The position numbers and the translations under genes were made by a program. Positions 37,845-48,396 of a stretch of 64,000 bases of DNA are shown here, in pieces. A model generated the notes under the pieces. It was not told the origin of the DNA. It saw only the letters and a program-made list of their open reading frames with translations, and did not search any database. The DNA is from Eubacteriales bacterium (GTDB taxonomy: Bacteria > Bacillota > Clostridia > Oscillospirales > CAG-272). Position 1 is the stretch's first letter, and every line of letters begins with the position of its first letter. Location of the stretch: the NCBI GenBank assembly GCA_045632305.1, contig JAZQWL010000033.1, forward strand, positions 194 through 64,193, in the 5' to 3' direction.

Positions 37845-40066
37845 ATAACCGTGTGGAAGGTACGGCTGATAACCTCTCTCTGATGCTCGCGAGAGAGCTT
37901 GGAGAAGTTAACTGCATAGCCCGAAACTCTGATCGTAAGATTGGGATATTCCTCGGGGTTTTCGTACGCCTTCATAAGCGTTTCGCGGTTCAATACGTTT
38001 ACGTTTAAGTGGTGCGCGCCGCGACCGAAGTAACCGTCGAGAATTGAAACGAGGTTGTCGATCTTTTCGTCATCTGTCTTACCGAGCGCCTCGGGAGTAA
38101 TGGAGAACGTATTTGAAATACCGTCGCGGCAGTCCTCGTATCTGATCTTGGATACTGAGTTAAGAGATGCGAGCGCGCCGTTCTCTTCTCTGTTGTGCAT
38201 GGGGTTAGCGCCGGGAGCGAAGGGCTCTGCCGCGCGTCTGCCGTCGGGGGTTGATCCCGTGTTCTTACCGTACATTACGTTGGACGTAATGGTAAGAACA
38301 GAAAGCGTATGAGTAGCGCCTCTGTATGCGGGAGTTTTACGAAGCTCCTCAATCATATTGTGAGTAAGGTCGCGTGCGATAAGATCTACTCTGTCGTCGT
38401 CATTACCGTACTTGGGAAATTCACCCTCGGTCTTGAAATCAACAACGAATCCGCTCTCGTCAATAATGGGCTTTACGCTAGCGTACTTGATCGCGCTAAA
38501 GGAGTCCGCAACAACAGAAAGACCCGCGATACCGAACGCCATAAGACGGTCTACGTCAGTATCGTGAAGAGCCATCTGCGTCTTTTCATAAGCGTACTTA
38601 TCGTGCATATAGTGAATAACGTTCATTGTATTAACGTAAAGATGGGAGATCCATGCAAGATAGATATTGAATCTTTCCATAACCTTATCATAATCCATCT
38701 TCTTGAGAACGGGCATCTGCGGACCGATATGAATATCGCTCGTCGCATCATATCCGCCGTTGATAGCGATAAGAAGAAGCTTTGCAAGATTACATCTTGC
38801 GCCGAAGAACTGCATCTGCTTACCGATCGTCATAGCGGATACACAGCAAGCGATAGCATAGTCGTCACCGTGGAGAGGACGCATAATATCGTCGTTTTCA
38901 TACTGAATGGAGTCTGTATCCTTTGAAACCTGAGCGCAGAATTTCTTGAATCCCTCGGGAAGATTCTGCGACCAGAGGATGGTAAGGTTGGGCTCGGGTG
39001 AAGAGCCGAGCGTATAGAGAGTATTGAGAATACGGAAGCTGCTCTTGGAAACGAGCGTTCTGCCGTCCTCACCCATACCGCCAACGACCTCTGTGATCCA
39101 CATGGGATCGCCACCGAAAAGCTCGTTATATTCGGGAGTTCTGAGGTGACGAGCAAGACGAAGCTTAATTACAAAGTCATCGAAAAGCTCCTGCGCGCCC
39201 TCTTCTGTCAAAATACCCGCCGCAATATCTCTTTCAACGTAAATATCAAAGAAGGTTGCAACACGACCAAGAGACATAGCCGCGCCGTTCTGCTCCTTGA
39301 TGGATGCAAGATAAGCAAAGTAAGTCCACTGGATCGCCTCGCGTGTATCCTTTGCGGGCTCGGAAATATCAAAGCCGTACATTACCGCCATTTCCTTCAT
39401 GTAGCCAAGGAAAAGTATCTGACGGCGAACTTCCTCGATAAGACGGATCTTTTCTTCTGTGAAATTACCTGCGCCAAGAGCGTCTTTGTCCTTTTTCTTC
39501 TCTGCAATGAGCTTGTCCACACCGTAAAGAGCAACTCTGCGGTAGTCGCCGATGATTCTACCGCGTCCGTAAGCATCGGGCAAGCCGGTAATAACGTGGC
39601 AACGGCGAGCAAGACGCATTTCCTCGGTATACGCGCGGAAAACACCGTCGTTATGTGTTGTTCTGTATCTGAATTCATCCTCAATCGTATCGGAGAGCTT
39701 ATAGCCGTAAGCCGCGCATGCCTGACGCGCCATTCTGATACCGCCGAAGGGATTGACACCGCGCTTTAAGGGAGCATCCGTCTGAAGACCTACGATAATT
39801 TCATTTTCTTTATCAACGTAACCGGGAGCATAGTTTGTAAGAGAAGATACGGTTTCGGTATCAATATCAAGCACGCCGCCTCTCTGACGCTCGAGCTTGA
39901 AAAGCGCCTGAACCTTTTCCATAAGTCCCTTTGTTCTGTCCGTCGCGCCCGCAAGGAAGGAGGCGTCTCCCTTATATTCAGTATAGTTCTGCTGAATAAA
40001 ATCGCGAACGTTGATCTCGTTCTGCCAATCACCCGACTTAAAGCCGACCCAATTCTTGTGTTCCAT
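37841..40066 (-). CDS. pflB: Formate C-acetyltransferase (pyruvate formate-lyase)
   Basis: The ATG at 40066 follows GGAGG. It has the active-site CC (IACCVSAM) and the glycyl-radical motif RVSGYAVNF near the C-terminus. Confidence 0.95.
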   Translation of the reverse strand: MEHKNWVGFKSGDWQNEINVRDFIQQNYTEYKGDASFLAGATDRTKGLMEKVQALFKLERQRGGVLDIDTETVSSLTNYAPGYVDKENEIIVGLQTDAPLKRGVNPFGGIRMARQACAAYGYKLSDTIEDEFRYRTTHNDGVFRAYTEEMRLARRCHVITGLPDAYGRGRIIGDYRRVALYGVDKLIAEKKKDKDALGAGNFTEEKIRLIEEVRRQILFLGYMKEMAVMYGFDISEPAKDTREAIQWTYFAYLASIKEQNGAAMSLGRVATFFDIYVERDIAAGILTEEGAQELFDDFVIKLRLARHLRTPEYNELFGGDPMWITEVVGGMGEDGRTLVSKSSFRILNTLYTLGSSPEPNLTILWSQNLPEGFKKFCAQVSKDTDSIQYENDDIMRPLHGDDYAIACCVSAMTIGKQMQFFGARCNLAKLLLIAINGGYDATSDIHIGPQMPVLKKMDYDKVMERFNIYLAWISHLYVNTMNVIHYMHDKYAYEKTQMALHDTDVDRLMAFGIAGLSVVADSFSAIKYASVKPIIDESGFVVDFKTEGEFPKYGNDDDRVDLIARDLTHNMIEELRKTPAYRGATHTLSVLTITSNVMYGKNTGSTPDGRRAAEPFAPGANPMHNREENGALASLNSVSKIRYEDCRDGISNTFSITPEALGKTDDEKIDNLVSILDGYFGRGAHHLNVNVLNRETLMKAYENPEEYPNLTIRVSGYAVNFSKLSREHQREVISRTFHTVI

Positions 40067-40168
40067 AAAAACCTCCGTAATATATATCAAAAATTTTCAA
40101 ACCGTTTATACCGACAAAATGGGCAATTCCGTCAGAAAAGACCGAATCGCCCACTCTCGGGCATTATA

Positions 40169-40197
40169 ATTATACAGAATTTTGCGCCTTTTGTCAA
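40169..40197 (-). promoter_or_regulatory. SigA-type promoter of pflBA
   Basis: Minus strand reads TTGACA, 17 nt, TATAAT, about 100 nt upstream of the pflB ATG. Confidence 0.55.
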
Positions 40198-40241
40198 TAT
40201 ACAGCGTTCATATAATTTCAATGCCAAATAATTCAATTTTA

Positions 40242-42404
40242 TTAGTTTTTCTCAAGATAGAATTCGCTTGCAATATACGGATGATCGGCATAGCCGACAA
40301 AAATGTCAAACCATCCCGCCTCGGAGACGAATTCACACTTTTCGTTAAAGAATTTAAGTCTTTCCTCAGGAATTTCAAGCTCAACCGTCTTGGTCTCTCC
40401 CGCCTCGAGTGATACCTTCTTGAATGCCGCCAAAGACTGAACGGGACGAACTGTAGACGCTACTCTGTCATGAATGTAAAGCTGAACTACTTCCTTACCC
40501 GCTCTGTCTCCTGTGTTTTTAAGTGTAACCTTAACCTTGAGTGGGCTGCCACTCATAGTAGCATCGTGACTCATATCAAGATATTCAAAGCTCGTATAGG
40601 AAAGGCCGTGACCGAAGGAATAGAGAGGAAGATTTCCGCAGTCAAGATAGGTTGACGCATAGATCTGACGCTCATTATCGGGCTTGGTCTTAGGTCTGCC
40701 CGTGTTAACGCGATTATAGTAAATAGGACACTGTCCGACGGACTTCGGGAACGTCATCGTGATCTTGCCCGAGGGATTCGCTTCACCAAAGAGAAGGTTT
40801 GCAGCACCGGGGCCACCCTCGACACCTGTAAACCACATCTCAAGAATTGCAGGAGTAAACTCTGCAAGTTCTGTCAAAACAAGGGGTCTGCCGTTAAAAA
40901 GAATTGCCGCAGTATTGGAGTTTTCCTCAACTATCTTACGAGCAAGCTTCGTCTGTACGCCCGGGAGCGTAAGATCCGTTCTGCAATTTCCCTCACCCGA
41001 ATAATTCTGGGGCTCACCCAAGCACAAAACGACCGCATCAGCCCACTTTGCAGCTTCAATCGCTCTGTCAAAATCAGCTTCGGAAAGCTCGTTCCATTCA
41101 GCAGAACAACCCTTTACAGCTACAACCTCCGCGTCAGGCAAAAGCGCCTTTACACCGTTATAAACGTTTACGCAATCCTCGGGCTTTGCGTTACAAGACC
41201 AGAAGCCCGAAATCGCCTGCTCCTCGGCAAAAGGACCGATAAGAGCAATTTTCTTTGTATCCTTAGAGAAAGGCAAAACGCCGTCATTCTTAAGCAATAC
41301 CGCACATTCCTCAACCGCTTCTCTCACAAGCGCGCGATGCTCGGGACAAAGACAGATCTCCTTTTCCTTTTCATAAGATGCGCCGCGGAACGGATCTTCA
41401 AACATACCGAGCTTGTTCTTTAATTCAAGCACCTTGAATACCGCGTGATCGAGCGCTTCCTCGCTCACCTTACCCTCAAAAATAAGCTCCTCCATGTGAG
41501 TAGGATAGAAATTTGTATTCATATCAATGTCGCAACCGCAGTTGAACGCCATCTCTGCCGCCTGCTTGGAGTTTTCCGCAACGCCGTGAACGAGAAGCTC
41601 ACCGATAGCGTTATAGTCACTGATAACGAGACCGTCATAACCCCATTCACCCTTGAGTACGTCATTCATAAGCCACTTGTTTGCAACACAAGGAACACCG
41701 TTGAGCGAGTTAAATGCAGGCATAATACTCGTAGCACCCGCGTCAAGGCACGCCTTGTATGCGGGGAAATAAAATTCACGAAGAGTTCTTTCGGAAATTT
41801 CAACTATATTATAATCACGTCCCGCTTCTGCTCCTCCGTAAGCCGCAAAATGCTTTACGCAGGTACCGATATTATGCGGCTTTGAAAAATCACCCTGGAA
41901 CGCCTCAATCTGAGCCGAACCCATAATGCCGTTTATGTACGCGTCCTCACCGCAGGACTCCATAACTCTTCCCCATCTTGCATCACGAACGAAGTCAACC
42001 ATAGGGGTAAAGGTTACCTGAATACCGCCCGCTACCGCTTCCTTAGCAGACATTTCGGTGCAACGCTTAAGAAGGTCTGCATTAAACGAAGCTCCCATGC
42101 CGAGGGGTATCGGGAACGTAGTTTTATATCCGTGAATTACGTCCATCATAAAGAGCATCGGGATCTTGTTGGGGTCATTCTCCATATGCTCAGTCTGGAT
42201 TCTTATTACGTCAAGCGCGGACTGGAAATTAAGCACGTTGCCCGTAGTATAGATATCCTCAAGGGAAAGATTCATTTCCTGAGCGGGACCTGTTATTTCC
42301 GCGTCGGTTACAACGAGAAGATTCGCGTTAAGCTGAAGAAGTTGCGCCGCCTTCTGTCTTATGGTCATTTTACTTATTAATGCCTTGATTTCAGTGTTTG
42401 TCAT
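40242..42404 (-). CDS. GH3 beta-glucosidase (BglX-like), cytoplasmic
   Basis: The ATG at 42404 follows GAGGGGA. The 720 aa include GH3 N- and C-terminal domains (GLVISDYNAIGEL with the nucleophile Asp) and a C-terminal fibronectin-like domain. Confidence 0.85.
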   Translation of the reverse strand: MTNTEIKALISKMTIRQKAAQLLQLNANLLVVTDAEITGPAQEMNLSLEDIYTTGNVLNFQSALDVIRIQTEHMENDPNKIPMLFMMDVIHGYKTTFPIPLGMGASFNADLLKRCTEMSAKEAVAGGIQVTFTPMVDFVRDARWGRVMESCGEDAYINGIMGSAQIEAFQGDFSKPHNIGTCVKHFAAYGGAEAGRDYNIVEISERTLREFYFPAYKACLDAGATSIMPAFNSLNGVPCVANKWLMNDVLKGEWGYDGLVISDYNAIGELLVHGVAENSKQAAEMAFNCGCDIDMNTNFYPTHMEELIFEGKVSEEALDHAVFKVLELKNKLGMFEDPFRGASYEKEKEICLCPEHRALVREAVEECAVLLKNDGVLPFSKDTKKIALIGPFAEEQAISGFWSCNAKPEDCVNVYNGVKALLPDAEVVAVKGCSAEWNELSEADFDRAIEAAKWADAVVLCLGEPQNYSGEGNCRTDLTLPGVQTKLARKIVEENSNTAAILFNGRPLVLTELAEFTPAILEMWFTGVEGGPGAANLLFGEANPSGKITMTFPKSVGQCPIYYNRVNTGRPKTKPDNERQIYASTYLDCGNLPLYSFGHGLSYTSFEYLDMSHDATMSGSPLKVKVTLKNTGDRAGKEVVQLYIHDRVASTVRPVQSLAAFKKVSLEAGETKTVELEIPEERLKFFNEKCEFVSEAGWFDIFVGYADHPYIASEFYLEKN

Positions 42405-42415
42405 ATCAATTCCCC

Positions 42416-42973
42416 TCAATTTTTCGCGAAAAATTCAAAAAAGAGCTTCGCCGCAAGAGCTGTTCCTTCACCCGACGGATGCAAACAGTCGGGATCGTAA
42501 AGCTCCGCCAAAACGTTGTCGGCAAAAGCTCTGCCTACGGGAATAACCGCTCCGTCAACGGCATCCGCCGCAAATTTTGCCGCCGCCTCGAGCTTGTCCG
42601 TCATCTCCCCATACGTCATTCCCGTACTGTGCAAAAGAGATGAACCGTCTTTATAGCTCCAGGTCTGATATATAATGATTTTAGCTTTTCCCACAAGAGA
42701 TTTTATATGCTTGACCGAGCTTAAATAATCATCAAAATTTACAATCGCATTCAAGCTCTGCTCCTGAAGTACTACGTAATCGTAATTATTTTCAGAGATA
42801 AGATACGAGAAACGAACTGTAAGCTCGTCGCTCTCGGTTCTGTACGCGTTAAGATACGCGCCGCCGCGAGTTATTGAGTGACATATAAGCTCCCCACCCG
42901 ACAAATTTTCCACCTGCGCGGGCAGATCGTTAAAATATGTAAAGCTATTTCCCAAAAATAAAATTTTCTTCAT
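42416..42973 (-). CDS. SGNH/GDSL-type hydrolase (esterase)
   Basis: 185 aa with block I FLGNSFTY (Ser nucleophile) and block V DCLHPS. It lies 11 nt upstream of the GH3 gene and is likely co-transcribed. Confidence 0.65.
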   Translation of the reverse strand: MKKILFLGNSFTYFNDLPAQVENLSGGELICHSITRGGAYLNAYRTESDELTVRFSYLISENNYDYVVLQEQSLNAIVNFDDYLSSVKHIKSLVGKAKIIIYQTWSYKDGSSLLHSTGMTYGEMTDKLEAAAKFAADAVDGAVIPVGRAFADNVLAELYDPDCLHPSGEGTALAAKLFFEFFAKN

Positions 42974-43090
42974 TTTCCGACCTTAAAAATAAAATTTGTA
43001 TAAAACAAGTATAGCACAATTTTATAGGTGTGTCAAGGGAATTTGCAAATAGCAGGTGCGACTTTCAGCGCAATAGCTTGCCGCCGCCGT

Positions 43091-43122
43091 AAAACAAAAG
43101 TAAGGCGGGAGCAAGCCCCGCC
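43091..43122 (-). terminator. Rho-independent terminator after mscL
   Basis: Stem ggcggg/cccgcc with a U-rich tract on the minus strand. Confidence 0.65.
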
Positions 43123-43136
43123 CAACTTATATAAAA

Positions 43137-43730
43137 TTACTTATTTTCAAGAAGAACTACGATTCTCTTCAAAAGATCCTCAGCAGTGGGATTAGCTTCT
43201 CTTTCAAGACGCGCCTTTTCCTCTGCCGCTGCCTTTTCTTCAGCCGCCTTCTTTTCTTTTGCTTCAAAGTAAGCTGCAACAGCCGCCTTGTCGCGACGCT
43301 TGATACCGAGCTTCTTCATCTCGCGCTTATCTTCCTTCGAGATCTTACCTGCCTTTGCTTTCTTGCCGCCGTCCTTTACGTTGTTAATCGCCTTAACGAT
43401 AAGGAAAAGAACGAATGCAGTAACAAAGAAGTTGATAACCGCGATAATGAGTGAGCCCCAATCGATATAGTGACACTTCTCAAGATCGGGAACCATCTTG
43501 CCGTCAGCATCGAGAGCATAAACCACTTCACCGAGGAAGGTGTATGCGCTCTCAAATGCGCCGTCTCCAAAGATCTTGGCGAGCGAGAAGTTGATAATGG
43601 GCTTAAGTACAAAATTGCTTACACCGTTTACGATTGCAGTGAAAGCACCGCCGACGATAACGCCGACTGCCATATCAAGCACGTTTCCGCGCGTGATAAA
43701 TTTCTTGAATTCAGCGAAAAACTTTTTCAT
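43137..43730 (-). CDS. mscL: Large-conductance mechanosensitive channel with an extended charged C-terminal tail
   Basis: 197 aa with the N-terminal signature FKKFITRGNVLDMAVGVIVGGAFTAIV, two TM helices, and then a ~80-aa Lys/Glu/Ala-rich tail. Confidence 0.88.
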   Translation of the reverse strand: MKKFFAEFKKFITRGNVLDMAVGVIVGGAFTAIVNGVSNFVLKPIINFSLAKIFGDGAFESAYTFLGEVVYALDADGKMVPDLEKCHYIDWGSLIIAVINFFVTAFVLFLIVKAINNVKDGGKKAKAGKISKEDKREMKKLGIKRRDKAAVAAYFEAKEKKAAEEKAAAEEKARLEREANPTAEDLLKRIVVLLENK

Positions 43731-43831
43731 AATTCCTCCGAAAAAAGATATTTAGTTTTCCGAACGTATCGGTTAGATACATTATATCACATTTTTCGAC
43801 GGCTTTCAAGATATAGTATTAAATTTGTTAC

Positions 43832-43868
43832 AAAAAACAGACGTTCCCGCAAAGTGATTGCGGGAACG
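43832..43868 (-). terminator. Rho-independent terminator ending the maltodextrin operon
   Basis: Stem cgttcccgc/gcgggaacg, followed by a U-tract on the minus strand. Confidence 0.7.
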
Positions 43869-43880
43869 ATTGTATAAATA

Positions 43881-45770
43881 TTAAACGATAATAATATCGA
43901 TGCTCTTATCCTTGATAGTCACCGATTCAACGGGAACGATAACGTCAACGTTGTCGCCTACGTTACCGCTGTATGCTGCGGTAAGCTTCTGTCCGTATAC
44001 GTCGATGATCGCATAATGCTCTCTGCCGTAATCCATCACGTCAACAACCGTACCTGTAAGCACGTTTTCGGATGCGTCAGAATGAGGAACTACCGTAAGA
44101 TCCTTGGCGTCGACTACGTATTCAAGCGGCACGCGGAAGATCTTATTGCCCTTGCATGCAAATATCTTTTCGCATATACCCTTTGTGGGAACGAGCTTAG
44201 CATCGCCGATATTCATATAGAAATTATAGAACTTACCTGACTTATCCTTTTCCTTTGTAAACGTACCTTCAAGCGCGTTTGAAAGGTTCAAGGGCTTTAC
44301 GTCAAGGGAGTTGATTTCCATCTGTGTAAAGTCAATATCGAAATTGACCTCATCGCCGATATTATATCTCGCGCCGCCCATCTCAAGCGAGAAGAGAGTG
44401 AGATTGCCGACCTTGAGGAAATACAAGGTCTTACCGTCGATCTCCTCGATCCACTGGATCTTAGCTCTGCCATCACCGCTTCCAAGTGTAAGCGCACTGA
44501 CGGGCATCGAGATCTCAACGTCCTCGCTATTCTCAACACCGATAGCCGCGGGAAGCATGAATTCAAGGTCTTCAAAGCAAAGATTTCTGTTTACAACAGA
44601 CGCCTTTATAACGTTGTTATCGGGAATTCTTCTTCTGATGCTCTTCTCCGTATCTCTGTCGAATACGTGGAACTTTCTCTTGGAGATTTCAATATCGATA
44701 ACGTCTCCGCGTCTTACCTCAACGTCGGAGTCCGCCTTGATAATGATAGATCCGCTCTGCGCGTCGGGTGTATCAAGATTGAGGTTAGCGTAAATAAGTG
44801 TTTCTCCACCGAGGACTTCTACTACGCTGACAACCGCCTTAGCGCGAGCCCATGAGCCGTCATCGTGATTCGTCGCCTTATAAACGCGAACCGCGTCGGG
44901 TCTGATACCGAATACTATCTTATGCTCGCCGTCCATGTAGTTTACAGGAATCTTATCCGCCTGAATATACTTCATGTTAATGTCCGTTCCGCAATCAAGC
45001 TCAAATCTAACGTCCTCGCCGTTCTTTATTATCACACCGTCAAAGAAATTCATCTGGGGAGTACCAATAAAGCCCGCAACGAACATATTATCGGGATACT
45101 TATAAAGATTGATAGGCGTATCGATCTGCTGAATGTAACCGTCCTTCATAACGACGATTCTCGTACCCATGGTCATCGCCTCTACCTGGTCGTGTGTTAC
45201 GTAGATAAAGGTTGTGCCGAGCTTCTCGTGAAGACGGGAAATTTCCGCTCTCATCGCCGCACGAAGCTTTGCGTCGAGATTAGAAAGGGGTTCGTCAAGC
45301 AAGAACACCTTAGGATTACGAACGATAGCTCGTCCGAGCGCAACTCTCTGACGCTGACCGCCCGAGAGCGCCTTCGGCTTTCTCTCAAGGTAATCCGTAA
45401 TGCCGAGAATTTCCGCAGCTTCCATTACCTTTCTGTGGATCTCGTCGTTCGGCATATGTACTGTACGAAGAGAAAACGCCATGTTTTCATAAACGCTCAT
45501 ATGAGGATAAAGCGCGTAGTTCTGGAATACCATCGCGATATTTCTGTCCTTGGGCTCGAAGTCGTTAACTATTTCGTTATCGATACGAAGCTCGCCCGCG
45601 GTAATCTCCTCAAGACCAGCTATCATACGGAGAGTTGTGGATTTTCCGCATCCCGAGGGACCTACGAATACGATAAATTCCTTATCTTCGATATCCATAC
45701 AGAAGTCGTTTACTGCCTTAACGCCTCCGTCATATACTTTGAAAATATGTTTAAGTGACAAACTTGCCAT
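43881..45770 (-). CDS. MalK/MsmK-type sugar ABC transporter ATPase with a ~250-aa C-terminal extension
   Basis: 629 aa with Walker A GPSGCGKST, signature LSGGQRQR, Walker B FLLDEP and H-loop VTHDQ. A canonical MalK-type regulatory domain runs to about aa 375, followed by two further TOBE-like beta modules. Confidence 0.85.
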   Translation of the reverse strand: MASLSLKHIFKVYDGGVKAVNDFCMDIEDKEFIVFVGPSGCGKSTTLRMIAGLEEITAGELRIDNEIVNDFEPKDRNIAMVFQNYALYPHMSVYENMAFSLRTVHMPNDEIHRKVMEAAEILGITDYLERKPKALSGGQRQRVALGRAIVRNPKVFLLDEPLSNLDAKLRAAMRAEISRLHEKLGTTFIYVTHDQVEAMTMGTRIVVMKDGYIQQIDTPINLYKYPDNMFVAGFIGTPQMNFFDGVIIKNGEDVRFELDCGTDINMKYIQADKIPVNYMDGEHKIVFGIRPDAVRVYKATNHDDGSWARAKAVVSVVEVLGGETLIYANLNLDTPDAQSGSIIIKADSDVEVRRGDVIDIEISKRKFHVFDRDTEKSIRRRIPDNNVIKASVVNRNLCFEDLEFMLPAAIGVENSEDVEISMPVSALTLGSGDGRAKIQWIEEIDGKTLYFLKVGNLTLFSLEMGGARYNIGDEVNFDIDFTQMEINSLDVKPLNLSNALEGTFTKEKDKSGKFYNFYMNIGDAKLVPTKGICEKIFACKGNKIFRVPLEYVVDAKDLTVVPHSDASENVLTGTVVDVMDYGREHYAIIDVYGQKLTAAYSGNVGDNVDVIVPVESVTIKDKSIDIIIV

Positions 45771-45782
45771 AATATTTTCTCC

Positions 45783-47426
45783 TTACTTAAAGATTGCGAT
45801 CGATTGCGGGGGCATTACAAGCGCGCCGCTATCGTCGAAAGAAAACTCTCCGTCGGATGCATAAAGCTCTCCGACAAGCTCGCTAAAGCCAAGAGCCGTC
45901 TTATCTAATGTTACCTTCTGCTCGAAGGAATCCATATTGAAAACAATGGTGATCTTCTCATCCCCGTATTCCTTCGTAATTACGCAAATGTAATTATTCT
46001 GGCCATCAGGGTAATACGTAACCTCTCCTCTGGCAATGGAGGGGAATCTGTTACGAAGCTCCATAGCTTCCTTGTAGTAATTCCAAATACTGCTCTCGTC
46101 CGCCATCTGCTCGGCAACCGAAGGGTAATAATACGAGGTGTCATCCACGGGAGTATTCTCGGGAGGCAAATAACAGTGTCCCTCGTAAATGTTCTTCTCT
46201 TCCCATTTCATGGCAATACGCTTTGCGGGATCGGAATTGTTTCCGCCCTTGCTTATCATGCCGATCTCCTCGCCGTAATAAACGAAGATACCGCCACTCA
46301 TCATAGCCATCACACCTGCCGCCATTTTAACGTTTTCAGCTCCCGGCATAAAGCTTCCGGGACGCATCGTGTCGTGATTTCCAAGGAAAGGAGCGAGGAT
46401 CGCGTCGCCATAAGTTTCCTGAAGGTCAACAAAGAGCTGACCTACAGATCTTCCGCTTCCCTGCTTTACCGCCATGGCGATGCTTCCGCCCGCCTGTGAG
46501 CCCGTAAATAGGAAGAAGCTGTCGCATCCGCTTTCATAATAACGATCGATCGTGTAATCGCTCGTTACCCACGCCTCGCCTACGATATAAGCGTCGGACT
46601 TGATCTTCTTTGCCTCAGTGTTAATAAAGGAGAGGAACTCAATATTACCGTCAAGATTACCCGTATAGTAGCTTGTAACCGCATCAAGGCGGAAGCCGTC
46701 AACGTCGTAATCCTCAAGCCAGTATTTCATAATATTCTTGATCTCCGCGCGAACGTTTTCGCTGTCAAGATTAAGGTCGGGCATGCCGCTCCAGAACTGT
46801 CCCTCATAGGAATATTTGGTAGAGCCAACCTTATGGTATGCTCCGTTATCGGTGATTCTGAAATTATAGAAATCGCCGTATTCTCCACCCGGCGCACCGT
46901 TTTCACGGATATATGAGCACGCCTCTCTGAACCACGGATGACCGTCGCTCGTGTGATTTACTACAAGGTCGATAATGACCTTGATATCACGCTTATGCGC
47001 CTCGTCGATAAGCTTTTCGAAATCCTCAAGCGTACCGTAATCGGGGTGAATTGCATAATAATCGGTTACGTCATATTTGTGATACGTGGGGGACGGATGG
47101 ATAGGCATAAGCCATATTCCGTTAAATCCCATTTCCTTGATGTAATCAAGCTTTGCAGTAACGCCGTTAAGATCGCCGATACCGTCGTTGTCGGTATCAA
47201 AAAAGCTGTAAACGAAGATCTCATACCAATTTCGGTAATTGTCGTCGATTATGTTAAGCTCAACCTTCTCCTCGGTAATCTCTTCGGTCGGCTGCTCCTG
47301 ATTCTGTTCTTGACTCTGTGTTGTGGGCTGTGTAGCTCCGTCCGCATCGGACTTGTTACACGCCGCAAGCGAAAACGCGGACAGAAGAAATACAAATGAA
47401 AGTATTATCGAAACGATTCTTTTCAT
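45783..47426 (-). CDS. Extracellular GH13 alpha-amylase-family lipoprotein
   Basis: The ATG at 47426 follows AAGGAGGA. It has a lipobox LSAFSLAAC and GH13 regions DLVVNHTS, GFRLDAV, VGEAW and LGNHD. Confidence 0.85.
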   Translation of the reverse strand: MKRIVSIILSFVFLLSAFSLAACNKSDADGATQPTTQSQEQNQEQPTEEITEEKVELNIIDDNYRNWYEIFVYSFFDTDNDGIGDLNGVTAKLDYIKEMGFNGIWLMPIHPSPTYHKYDVTDYYAIHPDYGTLEDFEKLIDEAHKRDIKVIIDLVVNHTSDGHPWFREACSYIRENGAPGGEYGDFYNFRITDNGAYHKVGSTKYSYEGQFWSGMPDLNLDSENVRAEIKNIMKYWLEDYDVDGFRLDAVTSYYTGNLDGNIEFLSFINTEAKKIKSDAYIVGEAWVTSDYTIDRYYESGCDSFFLFTGSQAGGSIAMAVKQGSGRSVGQLFVDLQETYGDAILAPFLGNHDTMRPGSFMPGAENVKMAAGVMAMMSGGIFVYYGEEIGMISKGGNNSDPAKRIAMKWEEKNIYEGHCYLPPENTPVDDTSYYYPSVAEQMADESSIWNYYKEAMELRNRFPSIARGEVTYYPDGQNNYICVITKEYGDEKITIVFNMDSFEQKVTLDKTALGFSELVGELYASDGEFSFDDSGALVMPPQSIAIFK

Positions 47427-47436
47427 TTTTTCCTCC

Positions 47437-48396
47437 TTAACCCTTAACCGCACCGCCGGTAACGCCCTGAACGTAATACTTCTGCAACCACATGAAGAGC
47501 GCCGTAATAGGCGTTGCCACGATAACCGCAGCCGCGCAGAAGGTGGTAAAATACTGCTGGATCATCTCACGCTCAAGCCACTTGTACATACCAAGCGAAA
47601 CCGTGTACATTCCTGTGTCGGGAACACCCGCCATAATGTAGGATACGAAAATGTAGTCGCACCAGGGGGATATAAAGGACACGAGAATCGTGTAAATAAT
47701 AATGGATTTACTGAGCGGTAAAACGATCTTATAGAAGGTTCTGAATCTCGACGCGCCGTCGATTCTCGCCGCCTCATCGAGGGATTTCGGAACTGTGTCG
47801 AAAAAGCCCTTGGCGATATAGTAGCTCAAAGCCGCTCCCGCCGAGTATACGATTATCAAGCTCAAATGCGACTGATAATTATTCGGCAAAAGAATCTTGA
47901 GCAAGAAATATACCGCGGACATGCTCATAAATCCGGGGAACATTCCGAGGATGAGCATGACGTTCATCATAGGTTTTCTTGCCTTGAACTTAATACGGCT
48001 GAATACGTAGGCAACCGCCAGAACGAATATAGCCGTAATCGCGCAGCTACAGATCGCTATAAAAAGCGTATTTCCGTACCATCTCATAAATTCTGTCTCT
48101 AAAAACAGTCTTTTATAATTATCAAGCGTCCATTCCTGCGGGAAGAACGTAGGCGACCATGCGCCCGGCTCTTTTCTGAATGATTGAACCAAAAGATAGA
48201 AAAGAGGAATTACCCAGATGATGGACAGAATCGTAAGCACTACCTGACCGACGGTATCACCGAAAATTCTCTTGAATCTCATACCGCCGCGACGCTGTTT
48301 TTTGAATTTGGTTCTTTCTATCTCGGCTTCAAGAGCGTCGATCTTCTGCCAGTTGGTAAGCTCTTCCTGAGCCGACAAATTTTTCTGTTCTGTCAT
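47437..48396 (-). CDS. Maltodextrin/sugar ABC transporter permease (MalG-like)
   Basis: 319 aa with six TM segments and the EAA loop LDEAARIDGASRFRTFYKIVLP. It overlaps the upstream permease gene by 4 nt. Confidence 0.85.
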   Translation of the reverse strand: MTEQKNLSAQEELTNWQKIDALEAEIERTKFKKQRRGGMRFKRIFGDTVGQVVLTILSIIWVIPLFYLLVQSFRKEPGAWSPTFFPQEWTLDNYKRLFLETEFMRWYGNTLFIAICSCAITAIFVLAVAYVFSRIKFKARKPMMNVMLILGMFPGFMSMSAVYFLLKILLPNNYQSHLSLIIVYSAGAALSYYIAKGFFDTVPKSLDEAARIDGASRFRTFYKIVLPLSKSIIIYTILVSFISPWCDYIFVSYIMAGVPDTGMYTVSLGMYKWLEREMIQQYFTTFCAAAVIVATPITALFMWLQKYYVQGVTGGAVKG

